A stretch of DNA of 64,000 bases from Leptogorgia sarmentosa (lineage: Eukaryota), in the NCBI GenBank assembly GCA_964658305.1, contig OZ210884.1, positions 3,100,001-3,164,000 on the forward strand, read 5' to 3'. Below the pieces are notes generated by a model. The model was not told where the DNA came from and did not search any database. It worked only from the letters and a program-made list of their open reading frames with translations. Position numbers and translations under genes: made by a program. Positions 37,701 to 50,854 of this stretch are shown piece by piece (positions within the stretch are counted from its first letter, which is position 1; the number at the start of each line of letters is the position of its first letter).

Positions 37701-40700
37701 GACAACTGAACCAGGTAATTTTTCTTTTAGTATTTTGTTCTAAAAAGAAATTGTTCAGGCATTTTGTTGCCTTACATTTTAAGTTTTATTATTGGTGAAG
37801 ACAATATTTATGAAAACCAGCGATTCCTTTCATATTTCCATGGTAGTAAATGGGGGTCTATAATGATGATTGTTGAAAATGGCGCATCAGTCGCAAATGA
37901 ATACAAAAACAAATACTTTTTAAAGTCTGGCTTGATTTTGTTATGTAATATAGTGAAACAATCTAAAGTTCCCAAAACTAAAGAATAAAATTTGAAATTT
38001 TAGCAGTGTCGTCAACGCCAATTCCATCGAATGTGACAACAACCGAACGAGGTAATTTTTCTTTTAGTATTTTGTTCTAAAAAGAAATTTTTCCTGCATT
38101 TTGTTGCCTTACATTTGAAGTTTCATTATTGGTGGAGACAATATTTATGAAAACCAGCCATTCCTTTCATATTTCCATGGTAGTAAATAGGGGTCCAGAA
38201 TGATGATTGTTGGATAATGGCACATCAGTCGAAAATGAATACAAAAACAAGTCTTTTTTAGAGACTGGTTTGATTTTATCATCTAATATTATGGTAATCG
38301 TGAAATTATCTAAAGTTCGCAAAACTGTCGTATAAAATTTTCTTTTTTAATTTTAGTTGTGTCGACAACGCCAAGTTCATCGATTGTGACAACAATCGAA
38401 CCAGGTAATTTTTTTTAGTATTTTTTTCTAAAAGGAAATTTTTTCAGCATTTTTTTGGCTTGCGTTTAAATTCTTCATTATTGGCGGAGACAATATTTAT
38501 GAAAACCAGCGATTACTTTCATATTTCCATGGTAGTAAACAGCGGTCTATAATGATGATTGTTGCAAAATGGCACATCAGTCGAAAATGAATAATACAAA
38601 AACAAATATTTTTTAAAGTCTCGTTTGATTTTATTATGTACAATTATAGTGAAATTATCTAAAGTTCGCAAAACTAAAGTAGCTAAAAAATTTTCAATTT
38701 TACTATAGTGTCCACAAAGCCAAGTTCATCGATTGTGGCGACAACCGAACCAGGTAATTTTTCTATTAGTATTTTGTTCTAAAAAGAAATTGTTCAGTCA
38801 TTTTGTTGCCTTACATTTTAAGTTTTATTATTGGTGAAGACAATATTTATGAAAACCAGCGATTCCTTTCATATTTCCATGGTAGTAAATGGGGGTCTAT
38901 AATGATGATTGTTGAAAATGGCGCATCAGTCGCAAATGAATACAAAAACAAATCTTTTTTAAAGTCTGGTTTGATTTTATCATGTAATATTATGGTAATC
39001 GTGAAATTATCTAAAGCTCGCAAAACTATCGTATAAAATTTTCAATTTTAATTTCAGTTGTGTCTACAACGCCAAGTTCATCGATTGTGACAACAACCGA
39101 ACCAGGTAAATTTTTTTAGTATTTTTTTTTAAAAGGAAATTTTTTCGGCATTTTTTTGGCTTGCGTTTAAATTCTTCATTATTGGCGGAGACAATATTTA
39201 TGAAACCAGCGATTCCTTTCATATTTCCATGGTAGTAAATAGGGGTCCATAATGATGATCGTTGGATAATGGCGCATCAGTCGAAAATGAATATAAAAAC
39301 AAGTCTTTTTTAGAGACTGGTTTGATTTTATCATCTAATATTATGGTAATCGTGAAATTATCTAAAGTTCGCAAAACTATCGTATAAAATTTTCAATTTT
39401 AATTTTAGTTGTGTCGACAACGCCAAGTTCATCGATTGTGACAACAACCGAACCAGGTAATTTTTTTTAGTATTTTTTTCTAAAAGGAAATTTTTTCTGC
39501 ATTTTTTTGGCTTGCGTTTAAATTCTTCATTATTGGCGGAGACAATATTTATGAAAACCAGCGATTCCTTTCATATTTCCATGTTAGTAAATAGGGGTCT
39601 ATAATGATGATTGTTGAAAATGGCACATCAGTCGAAAATGAATACAAAAACAAATCTTTTTTAAAGTCTCGTTTGATTTTACTATGTAATAAAGTGAAAT
39701 TATCTAAAGTTCGCAAAGCTAATCTAGCTAAAAAATTTTCAAATTTAGTAGTGTCCACAACGCCAAGTTCATCGATGGGACAACAACCGAACCAGAGAAT
39801 TTTTCCTTTGGTATTTTGTTCTAAAAAGAAATTTTTCCTGCATTTTGTTCCCTTACATTTGAAGTTTCATTATTGGTGGAGACAATATTTATGAAAACCA
39901 GCGATTACTTTCATATTTCCATGGTAGTAAATAGGGGTCTATAATCATGATTGGAAAATGGCACATCAGTCGAAAATGAATAATACAAAAACAAATATTT
40001 TTTAAAGTCTGGTTTGATTTTATTATGTACAATTATAGTGAAATTATCTAAAGTTCGCAAAACTGAAGTAGCTAAAAAAATTTCAATTTTACTATAGTGT
40101 CCACAAAGCCAAATTCATCGATTGTGGCGACAACCGAACCAGGTAATTTTTCTATTAGTATTTTGTTCTAAAAAGAAATTGTTCAGTCATTTTGTTGCCT
40201 TACATTTTAAGTTTTATTATTGGTGAAGACAATGTTTATGAAATCCAGCGATTCCTTTCATATTTCCATGGTAGTAAATGGGGGTCTATAATGATGATTG
40301 TTGAAAATGGCGCATCAGTCGCAAATGAATACAAAAACAAATCTTTTTTAAAGTCTGGTTTGATTTTATCATGTAATATTATGGTAATCGTGAAATTATC
40401 TAAAGCTCGCAAAACTATCGTATAAAATTTTCAATTTTAATTTCAGTTGTGTCTACAACGCCAAGTTCATCGATTGTGACAACAACCGAACCAGGTAAAT
40501 TTTTCTAGTATTTTTTTTTAAAAGGAAATTTTTTCTGCATTTTTGTGGCTTGCGTTTAAATTCTTCATTATTGGCGGAGACAATATTTATGAAACCAGCG
40601 ATTCCTTTCATATTTCCATGGTAGTAAATAGGGGTCCATAATGATGATCGTTGGATAATGGCGCATCAGTCGAAAATGAATACAAAAACAAGTCTTTTTT

Positions 40701-43700
40701 AGAGACTGGTTTGATTTTATCATCTAATATTATGGTAATCGTGAAATTATCTAAAGTTCGCAAAACTATCGTATAAAATTTTCAATTTTAATTTTAGTTG
40801 TGTCGACAACGCCAAGTTCATCGATTGTGACAACAACCGAACCAGGTAATTTTTTTTAGTATTTTTTTCTAAAAGGAAATTTTTTCTGCATCTTTTTGGC
40901 TTGCGTTTAAATTCTTCATTATTGGCGGAGACAATATTTATGAAAACCAGCGATTCCTTTCATATTTCCATGTTAGTAAATAGGGGTCTATAATGATGAT
41001 TGTTGAAAATGGCACATCAGTCGAAAATGAATACAAAAACAAATCTTTTTTAAAGTCTCGTTTGATTTTACTATGTAATAAAGTGAAATTATCTAAAGTT
41101 CGCAAAGCTAATCTAGCTAAAAAATTTTCAAATTTAGTAGTGTCCACAACGCCAAGTTCATCGATGGGACAACAACCGAACCAGAGAATTTTTCCTTTGG
41201 TATTTTGTTCTAAAAAGAAATTTTTCCTGCATTTCGTTCCCTTACATTTGAAGTTTCATTATTGGTGGAGACAATATTTATGAAAACCAGCGATTACTTT
41301 CATATTTCCATGGTAGTAAATAGGGGTCTATAATCATGATTGGAAAATGGCACATCAGTCGAAAATGAATAATACAAAAACAAATATTTTTTAAAGTCTG
41401 GTTTGATTTTATTATGTACAATTATAGTGAAATTATCTAAAGTTCGCAAAACTGAAGTAGCTAAAAAATTTTCAATTTTACTATAGTGTCCACAAAGCCA
41501 AATTCATCGATTGTGGCGACAACCGAACCAGGTAATTTTTCTATTAGTATTTTGTTCTAAAAAGAAATTGTTCAGGCATTTTGTTGCCTTACATTTTAAG
41601 TTTTATTATTGGTGAAGACAATATTTATGAAAACCAGCGATTCCTTTCATATTTCCATGGTAGTAAATGGGGGTCTATAATGATGATTGTTGAAAATGGC
41701 GCATCAGTCGCAAATGAATACAAAGACAAATACTTTTTAAAGTCTGGCTTGATTTTGTTATGTAATATAGTGAAACAATCTAAAGTTCCCAAAACTAAAG
41801 AATAAAATTTGAAATTTTAGCAGTGTCGTCAACGCCAATTCCATCGAATGTGACAACAACCGAACGAGGTAATTTTTCTTTTAGTATTTTGTTCTAAAAA
41901 GAAATTTTTCCTGCATTTTGTTGCCTTACATTTGAAGTTTCATTATTGGTGGAGACAATATTTATGAAAACCAGCCATTCCTTTCATATTTCCATGGTAG
42001 TAAATAGGGGTCCAGAATGATGATTGTTGGATAATGGCACATCAGTCGAAAATGAATACAAAAACAAGTCTTTTTTAGAGACTGGTTTGATTTTATCATC
42101 TAATATTATGGTAATCGTGAAATTATCTAAAGTTCGCAAAACTGTCGTATAAAATTTTCTTTTTTAATTTTAGTTGTGTCGACAACGCCAAGTTCATCGA
42201 TTGTGACAACAATCGAACCAGGTAATTTTTTTTAGTATTTTTTTCTAAAAGGAAATTTTTTCAGCATTTTTTTGGCTTGCGTTTAAATTCTTCATTATTG
42301 GCGGAGACAATATTTATGAAAACCAGCGATTACTTTCATATTTCCATGGTAGTAAATAGGGGTCCATAATGATGATCGTTGGATAATGGCGCATCAGTCG
42401 AAAATGAATACAAAAACAAGTCTTTTTTAGAGACTGGTTTGATTTTATCATCTAATATTATGGTAATCGTGAAATTATCTAAAGTTCGCAAAACTATCGT
42501 ATAAAATTTTCAATTTTAATTTTAGTTGTGTCGACAACGCCAAGTTCATCGATTGTGACAACAACCGAACCAGGTAATTTTTTTTAGTATTTTTTTCTAA
42601 AAGGAAATTTTTTCTGCATCTTTTTGGCTTGCGTTTAAATTCTTCATTATTGGCGGAGACAATATTTATGAAAACCAGCGATTCCTTTCATATTTCCATG
42701 TTAGTAAATAGGGGTCTATAATGATGATTGTTGAAAATGGCACATCAGTCGAAAATGAATACAAAAACAAATCTTTTTTAAAGTCTCGTTTGATTTTACT
42801 ATGTAATAAAGTGAAATTATCTAAAGTTCGCAAAGCTAATCTAGCTAAAAAATTTTCAAATTTAGTAGTGTCCACAACGCCAAGTTCATCGATGGGACAA
42901 CAACCGAACCAGAGAATTTTTCCTTTGGTATTTTGTTCTAAAAAGAAATTTTTCCTGCATTTCGTTCCCTTACATTTGAAGTTTCATTATTGGTGGAGAC
43001 AATATTTATGAAAACCAGCGATTACTTTCATATTTCCATGGTAGTAAATAGGGGTCTATAATCATGATTGGAAAATGGCACATCAGTCGAAAATGAATAA
43101 TACAAAAACAAATATTTTTTAAAGTCTGGTTTGATTTTATTATGTACAATTATAGTGAAATTATCTAAAGTTCGCAAAACTGAAGTAGCTAAAAAAATTT
43201 CAATTTTACTATAGTGTCCACAAAGCCAAATTCATCGATTGTGGCGACAACCGAACCAGGTAATTTTTCTATTAGTATTTTGTTCTAAAAAGAAATTGTT
43301 CAGGCATTTTGTTGCCTTACATTTTAAGTTTTATTATTGGTGAAGACAATATTTATGAAAACCAGCGATTCCTTTCATATTTCCATGGTAGTAAATGGGG
43401 GTCTATAATGATGATTGTTGAAAATGGCGCATCAGTCGCAAATGAATACAAAAACAAATACTTTTTAAAGTCTGGCTTGATTTTGTTATGTAATATAGTG
43501 AAACAATCTAAAGTTCCCAAAACTAAAGAATAAAATTTGAAATTTTAGCAGTGTCGTCAACGCCAATTCCATCGAATGTGACAACAACCGAACGAGGTAA
43601 TTTTTCTTTTAGTATTTTGTTCTAAAAAGAAATTTTTCCTGCATTTTGTTGCCTTACATTTGAAGTTTCATTATTGGTGGAGACAATATTTATGAAAACC

Positions 43701-46700
43701 AGCCATTCCTTTCATATTTCCATGGTAGTAAATAGGGGTCCAGAATGATGATTGTTGGATAATGGCACATCAGTCGAAAATGAATACAAAAACAAGTCTT
43801 TTTTAGAGACTGGTTTGATTTTATCATCTAATATTATGGTAATCGTGAAATTATCTAAAGTTCGCAAAACTGTCGTATAAAATTTTCTTTTTTAATTTTA
43901 GTTGTGTCGACAACGCCAAGTTCATCGATTGTGACAACAATCGAACCAGGTAATTTTTTTTAGTATTTTTTTCTAAAAGGAAATTTTTTCAGCATTTTTT
44001 TGGCTTGCGTTTAAATTCTTCATTATTGGCGGAGACAATATTTATGAAAACCAGCGATTACTTTCATATTTCCATGGTAGTAAACAGCGGTCTATAATGA
44101 TGATTGTTGCAAAATGGCACATCAGTCGAAAATGAATAATACAAAAACAAATATTTTTTAAAGTCTCGTTTGATTTTATTATGTACAATTATAGTGAAAT
44201 TATCTAAAGTTCGCAAAACTAAAGTAGCTAAAAAATTTTCAATTTTACTATAGTGTCCACAAAGCCAAGTTCATCGATTGTGGCGACAACCGAACCAGGT
44301 AATTTTTCTATTAGTATTTTGTTCTAAAAAGAAATTGTTCAGTCATTTTGTTGCCTTACATTTTAAGTTTTATTATTGGTGAAGACAATATTTATGAAAA
44401 CCAGCGATTCCTTTCATATTTCCATGGTAGTAAATGGGGGTCTATAATGATGATTGTTGAAAATGGCGCATCAGTCGCAAATGAATACAAAAACAAATCT
44501 TTTTTAAAGTCTGGTTTGATTTTATCATGTAATATTATGGTAATCGTGAAATTATCTAAAGCTCGCAAAACTATCGTATAAAATTTTCAATTTTAATTTC
44601 AGTTGTGTCTACAACGCCAAGTTCATCGATTGTGACAACAACCGAACCAGGTAAATTTTTTTAGTATTTTTTTTTAAAAGGAAATTTTTTCGGCATTTTT
44701 TTGGCTTGCGTTTAAATTCTTCATTATTGGCGGAGACAATATTTATGAAACCAGCGATTCCTTTCATATTTCCATGGTAGTAAATAGGGGTCCATAATGA
44801 TGATCGTTGGATAATGGCGCATCAGTCGAAAATGAATATAAAAACAAGTCTTTTTTAGAGACTGGTTTGATTTTATCATCTAATATTATAGTAATCGTGA
44901 AATTATCTAAAGTTCGCAAAACTATCGTATAAAATTTTCAATTTTAATTTTAGTTGTGTCGACAACGCCAAGTTCATCGATTGTGACAACAACCGAACCA
45001 GGTAATTTTTTTTAGTATTTTTTTCTAAAAGGAAATTTTTTCTGCATTTTTTTGGCTTGCGTTTAAATTCTTCATTATTGGCGGAGACAATATTTATGAA
45101 AACCAGCGATTCCTTTCATATTTCCATGTTAGTAAATAGGGGTCTATAATGATGATTGTTGAAAATGGCACATCAGTCGAAAATGAATACAAAAACAAAT
45201 CTTTTTTAAAGTCTCGTTTGATTTTACTATGTAATAAAGTGAAATTATCTAAAGTTCGCAAAGCTAATCTAGCTAAAAAATTTTCAAATTTAGTAGTGTC
45301 CACAACGCCAAGTTCATCGATGGGACAACAACCGAACCAGAGAATTTTTCCTTTGGTATTTTGTTCTAAAAAGAAATTTTTCCTGCATTTTGTTCCCTTA
45401 CATTTGAAGTTTCATTATTGGTGGAGACAATATTTATGAAAACCAGCGATTACTTTCATATTTCCATGGTAGTAAATAGGGGTCTATAATCATGATTGGA
45501 AAATGGCACATCAGTCGAAAATGAATAATACAAAAACAAATATTTTTTAAAGTCTGGTTTGATTTTATTATGTACAATTATAGTGAAATTATCTAAAGTT
45601 CGCAAAACTGAAGTAGCTAAAAAAATTTCAATTTTACTATAGTGTCCACAAAGCCAAATTCATCGATTGTGGCGACAACCGAACCAGGTAATTTTTCTAT
45701 TAGTATTTTGTTCTAAAAAGAAATTGTTCAGTCATTTTGTTGCCTTACATTTTAAGTTTTATTATTGGTGAAGACAATGTTTATGAAATCCAGCGATTCC
45801 TTTCATATTTCCATGGTAGTAAATGGGGGTCTATAATGATGATTGTTGAAAATGGCGCATCAGTCGCAAATGAATACAAAAACAAATCTTTTTTAAAGTC
45901 TGGTTTGATTTTATCATGTAATATTATGGTAATCGTGAAATTATCTAAAGCTCGCAAAACTATCGTATAAAATTTTCAATTTTAATTTCAGTTGTGTCTA
46001 CAACGCCAAGTTCATCGATTGTGACAACAACCGAACCAGGTAAATTTTTCTAGTATTTTTTTTTAAAAGGAAATTTTTTCTGCATTTTTGTGGCTTGCGT
46101 TTAAATTCTTCATTATTGGCGGAGACAATATTTATGAAACCAGCGATTCCTTTCATATTTCCATGGTAGTAAATAGGGGTCCATAATGATGATCGTTGGA
46201 TAATGGCGCATCAGTCGAAAATGAATACAAAAACAAGTCTTTTTTAGAGACTGGTTTGATTTTATCATCTAATATTATGGTAATCGTGAAATTATCTAAA
46301 GTTCGCAAAACTATCGTATAAAATTTTCAATTTTAATTTTAGTTGTGTCGACAACGCCAAGTTCATCGATTGTGACAACAACCGAACCAGGTAATTTTTT
46401 TTAGTATTTTTTTCTAAAAGGAAATTTTTTCTGCATCTTTTTGGCTTGCGTTTAAATTCTTCATTATTGGCGGAGACAATATTTATGAAAACCAGCGATT
46501 CCTTTCATATTTCCATGTTAGTAAATAGGGGTCTATAATGATGATTGTTGAAAATGGCACATCAGTCGAAAATGAATACAAAAACAAATCTTTTTTAAAG
46601 TCTCGTTTGATTTTACTATGTAATAAAGTGAAATTATCTAAAGTTCGCAAAGCTAATCTAGCTAAAAAATTTTCAAATTTAGTAGTGTCCACAACGCCAA

Positions 46701-47470
46701 GTTCATCGATGGGACAACAACCGAACCAGAGAATTTTTCCTTTGGTATTTTGTTCTAAAAAGAAATTTTTCCTGCATTTCGTTCCCTTACATTTGAAGTT
46801 TCATTATTGGTGGAGACAATATTTATGAAAACCAGCGATTACTTTCATATTTCCATGGTAGTAAATAGGGGTCTATAATCATGATTGGAAAATGGCACAT
46901 CAGTCGAAAATGAATAATACAAAAACAAATATTTTTTAAAGTCTGGTTTGATTTTATTATGTACAATTATAGTGAAATTATCTAAAGTTCGCAAAACTGA
47001 AGTAGCTAAAAAATTTTCAATTTTACTATAGTGTCCACAAAGCCAAATTCATCGATTGTGGCGACAACCGAACCAGGTAATTTTTCTATTAGTATTTTGT
47101 TCTAAAAAGAAATTGTTCAGTCATTTTGTTGCCTTACATTTTAAGTTTTATTATTGGTGAAGACAATGTTTATGAAATCCAGCGATTCCTTTCATATTTC
47201 CATGTTAGTAAATAGGGGTCTATGATGATGATTGTTGAAATTGGCACATCAGTCGAAAATGAATGAATGAGTCTGGTTTGATTTTAATATGTAATAAAGT
47301 GAAATTATCTGAAGTTCGCAAAACTAAATTATCTAAAAAAATTTCAATTTTAGTTGTGTCGTCAACGCCAATTTCATCGATTGTGACAACAACCGATCCA
47401 GGTAATTTTCCTTTTAGTATTTTGTTGTAAAAAGAATTTTTTCATGCATTTTGTTGCCGTATACATTTGA
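34773..47470 (+). repeat. Block 3a of the intron+microexon array, 37 units with higher-order structure
   Basis: Exon 3' ends counted from 35050 to 47401 at about 340-353-bp spacing. Identical ORF-track translations recur at offsets 1389 and 5545. Confidence 0.95.
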
Positions 47471-47484
47471 CCCAGTAAGCACAC

Positions 47485-47810
47485 CGACGTCGATTCAACG
47501 TCGAATCGACGTTACTACCTGACGTCGAAACGACGTCGAAAAACAGGTCGAAAACGCAAATCGAATCGACGTTAGACTTTCGACGTCGATTCAACGTTGA
47601 CGTTTCGACGTCGATTCAACGTTGACGTTTCGACGTCGATTCAACGTTGAACTTTCGACGTCGATTCAACGTTGACTTTTCGACGTCGATACGACGTCGA
47701 AAAACAGGTCGAAAACGCAAATCGAATCGACGTTAGACTTTCGACGTCGATTCAACGTTGACGTTTCGACGTCGATTCAACGTTGACTTTTCGACGTCGA
47801 TAGTACGTTG
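47485..47810. repeat. Left subterminal repeats, ~25-bp unit cgacgtcgattcaacgttgacgttt
   Basis: Directly visible, with palindromic TCGACGTCGA cores. Confidence 0.9.
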
Positions 47811-49736
47811 GAAAATGCGACGAAGTTGCAAATTGATCAAAATTAATAAATTTTCTGTTGCAATTTGTTTTGATGATATATTTATTTTCGAACTCAGTCA
47901 GTATCTTACATATTACATATTATATACTTTAATACACTTGATTATTTACAAACACCGAACTGTAATTAAGCGATTCCAATTTGGACCTATATATATTATA
48001 CTATCTGCACTAATTTATTATCAACTAGCTATACGTTAATTAATTTTTTACCACGAAATTATTATAAAGAACATCTTACAAGTTTGGTAAAATTGCCAAG
48101 ATTGGTTGTGAAATGTAGAATCCTGGCAAATTTTGTATTCTTCTGCAGTTACAGTTATCAATCTTGTGTATGGACTATATGTTTATTATGAAAAATGTCC
48201 CATAATGATCGATTATAGATAGACTTTCTACTTCCCCCTTTCCTGTCCGGAGCATACTTTAAAATCTGTCCCATTGCTTTATAAACATCACTTTCGGTGC
48301 TCTAATAAGTGAAAAATATCAATTAATTAAGCCTGTCTCTCTAATGTAGCTACAGTATATCCCTCTACATAACTAAACAGTTATCTTTTTGATGGCTTTG
48401 TTAATCGATTTATTGAAAGCAAGTAATTCTCAATTTTCATCTTCAACACAATATGTGTGCCAGCCAGTATGGAATTAGCATAGCAATGGCATTGTAGTTC
48501 AGGTTTATAGTCTCGATCTACTGTAGCCAGTTTAAGTCAACAAATTTTGAAAGGATATCAAAAAAATCAGTTTGCTTAATTGCTTTTGCCAAACCTGATG
48601 AGTTATGTCCCTACTATAACTAGTGATTATTTGCTTAACAAACCTGATGAGTTATGCATGACCCTACTAACTAGTGATTATTTGCTTAAAGCCCCCCCCC
48701 CTTAAAAAATTCGCTTCCACTGCCTCTTTGTATGCTCAGTCTGTATAATAGGTTGTCTGAAATTCTATTTTAAAAAATTGAAAAACCAGCCTAAATCAAT
48801 TACAAAAAATTTCCTACGCAGAAATACTCGGTTTTTAATATATCACTGATGAAACCAGGCTGACAAAGTCTAACTAAACTACTAGATTGATTTGGATTGT
48901 AAAATGTAACTCTACTAATCAAATACACAAACGTTACACATCATTGTCGAGGCAAGAGCTATGAATCGACTTTTCTCTTGCATAGTAAGAATATATGATA
49001 CAGAATTAACCTTTATGTAGAAGCGATTAATTTTGTGAATTATAGTGCTGATCACTAGTGTTCCAGTTCAGTTTATTGAACCAGCACTTTTGAAGCACGA
49101 GCACTTCGAACTTCGAAGCGCATCGCAGTGCACACTGATTGAACGAAATATAAAGCGATATATCACAAAATAAAAATAAACAAGTTGCATATTATACTAA
49201 CCTTTTCTGTAGTCTTGAATTAAATCAACTAAATGAACGGGAAATTATCCCCAAAAGACAAGAACAACGACAAGCAATGAAATCCTTTGTGTGAAATTTT
49301 GAATACACGCGGTTTGTGAGCGTCTATGACAACACTTCCCATGATTCTCAGTCTCGTGTCATCGCCGATTGTATACCGAGCCGAACGGCCCGAACCGAGT
49401 TTGGGCCGAATGCGCGACACCTTATTCGTATTACTATTTCGCCAAAGTCCAAACACGCGTGCAATTTTTCATTAATACTTCTCGAACCGAGTAATTTCCT
49501 ATACATATTATACCTCAAATTCAAATTGTCCAATGAAAAAACAGCATTTGTACCACGTGATAGTGTGATTTTTTACGGTATTTCCCTCGATTTGACCTTG
49601 GGAGGGTAATTCCACTTTATATTCCCCTCTACTTGGACTTTGACCTCCTGCCTGGCCTGTTTTGCGGGCAATTTCCTTGTCAACATGGCCGACAAAACAC
49701 AGAATGTGTCGAAGATGAAAAATTTTCGGTATAATA

Positions 49737-49880
49737 TATCTGTTATCGACCTTTCACTCGGGGTATTCCACAAAAAAATACCCCTCGGAATGAAATATTC
49801 CTCGGGCTGCGCCCTCGGAATATTTCATTCCTCAGGGTATTTTTTTGTGGAATACCCCTCGTTCCAGGTCGATAACTGAT
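49737..49880. repeat. ~145-bp imperfect palindrome inside the TIR element
   Basis: gggtattccacaaaaaaatacccctcggaatgaaatattcctcgggc-tgc-gccctcggaatatttcattcctcagggtatttttttgtggaatacccc. Confidence 0.85.
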
Positions 49881-50139
49881 AAAAATACCCTACCTAAAAA
49901 TTCAAAATTATTTAAAAACTATCAATGTCTTAATAAATACGATCAATCACATGTTGAAAAAGGTTGAAATAGCAAACGTAGTCGTCGGTACGAACTTTGC
50001 CCAAAAGATCAGTTTCTAAAGTGTTGATATGCAATTGTATGTTGGGGTATAAATTAAAATATGCTGATCCATATTCAACGTCAGCTATAGGGCCCAAAAC
50101 GTAAATATATATATTTTTAATTAGTTGTTTTAATGTTCA

Positions 50140-50790
50140 GGTCAGGTTAACGACGTCGATTGAACGTCGAAACGAGGTCAATTTTTCGACGTCGATATTA
50201 AGTCAGCATAACGACGTCGATTGAACGTCGAAACGAGGTCAATTTGTCGACGTCGATATTAAGTCAGGATAACGACGTCAATTGAACGTCGAAACGAGGA
50301 CAATTTTTCGACGTCGATATTAAGTCAGGATAACGACTTCGATTGGACGTCGAAACGAGGTCAATTTGTCGACGTCGATATTAAGTCAGGATAACGACGT
50401 CAATTGAACGTCGAAACGAGGACAATTTTTCGACGACGATATTAAGTCAGGATAACGACTTCGATTGGACGTCGAAACGAGGTCAATTTGTCGACGTCGA
50501 TATTCAGTCAGGATAACGACGTCGATTGAACGTCGAAACGAGGTCAATTTTTCGACGTCGATATTAAGTCAGGATAACGACGTCGATTTAACGTCGAAAC
50601 GAGGTCAATTTGTCGACGTCGATATGAGGTCAGGTTAACGACGTCGATTCAACGTCGAAACGAGGTCAGTTTGTCGACGTCGATATGAGGTCAGATTAAC
50701 GACGTCGATTCAACGTCGAAACGAGGTCAATTTGTCGACGTCGATATGAGGTCAGGTTATCGACGTCGATTCAACGTCGATATATAGTCG
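50140..50790. repeat. Right subterminal array, 61-bp unit, about 10 copies
   Basis: aacgacgtcgattgaacgtcgaaacgaggtcaatttttcgacgtcgatattaagtcaggat with period 61. Confidence 0.92.
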
Positions 50791-50854
50791 ATCGACGTCC
50801 CGACCAAATATCAACCTAAATTCGACGTCGAAACGACGTCGTGTGTTTGCTGGG

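Larger units (their letters stand above)
47471..50854. mobile_element. 3384-bp non-autonomous TIR DNA transposon, CMC/EnSpm-like, inserted in an array intron
   Basis: Left end cccagtaagcacaccgacgtcgattcaacgtcgaa; reverse complement of right end cccagcaaacacacgacgtcgtttcgacgtcgaa. Empty site tacatttGAtgttt becomes tacatttGA[element]GAtgttt (2-bp TSD). Subterminal repeat arrays, no transposase ORF. Confidence 0.85.

Noticed and set aside
48590..48690. Duplicated cctgatgag motif resembling a hammerhead core
   Set aside because: No GAAA or supporting stems follow. It is a local ~50-bp duplication.
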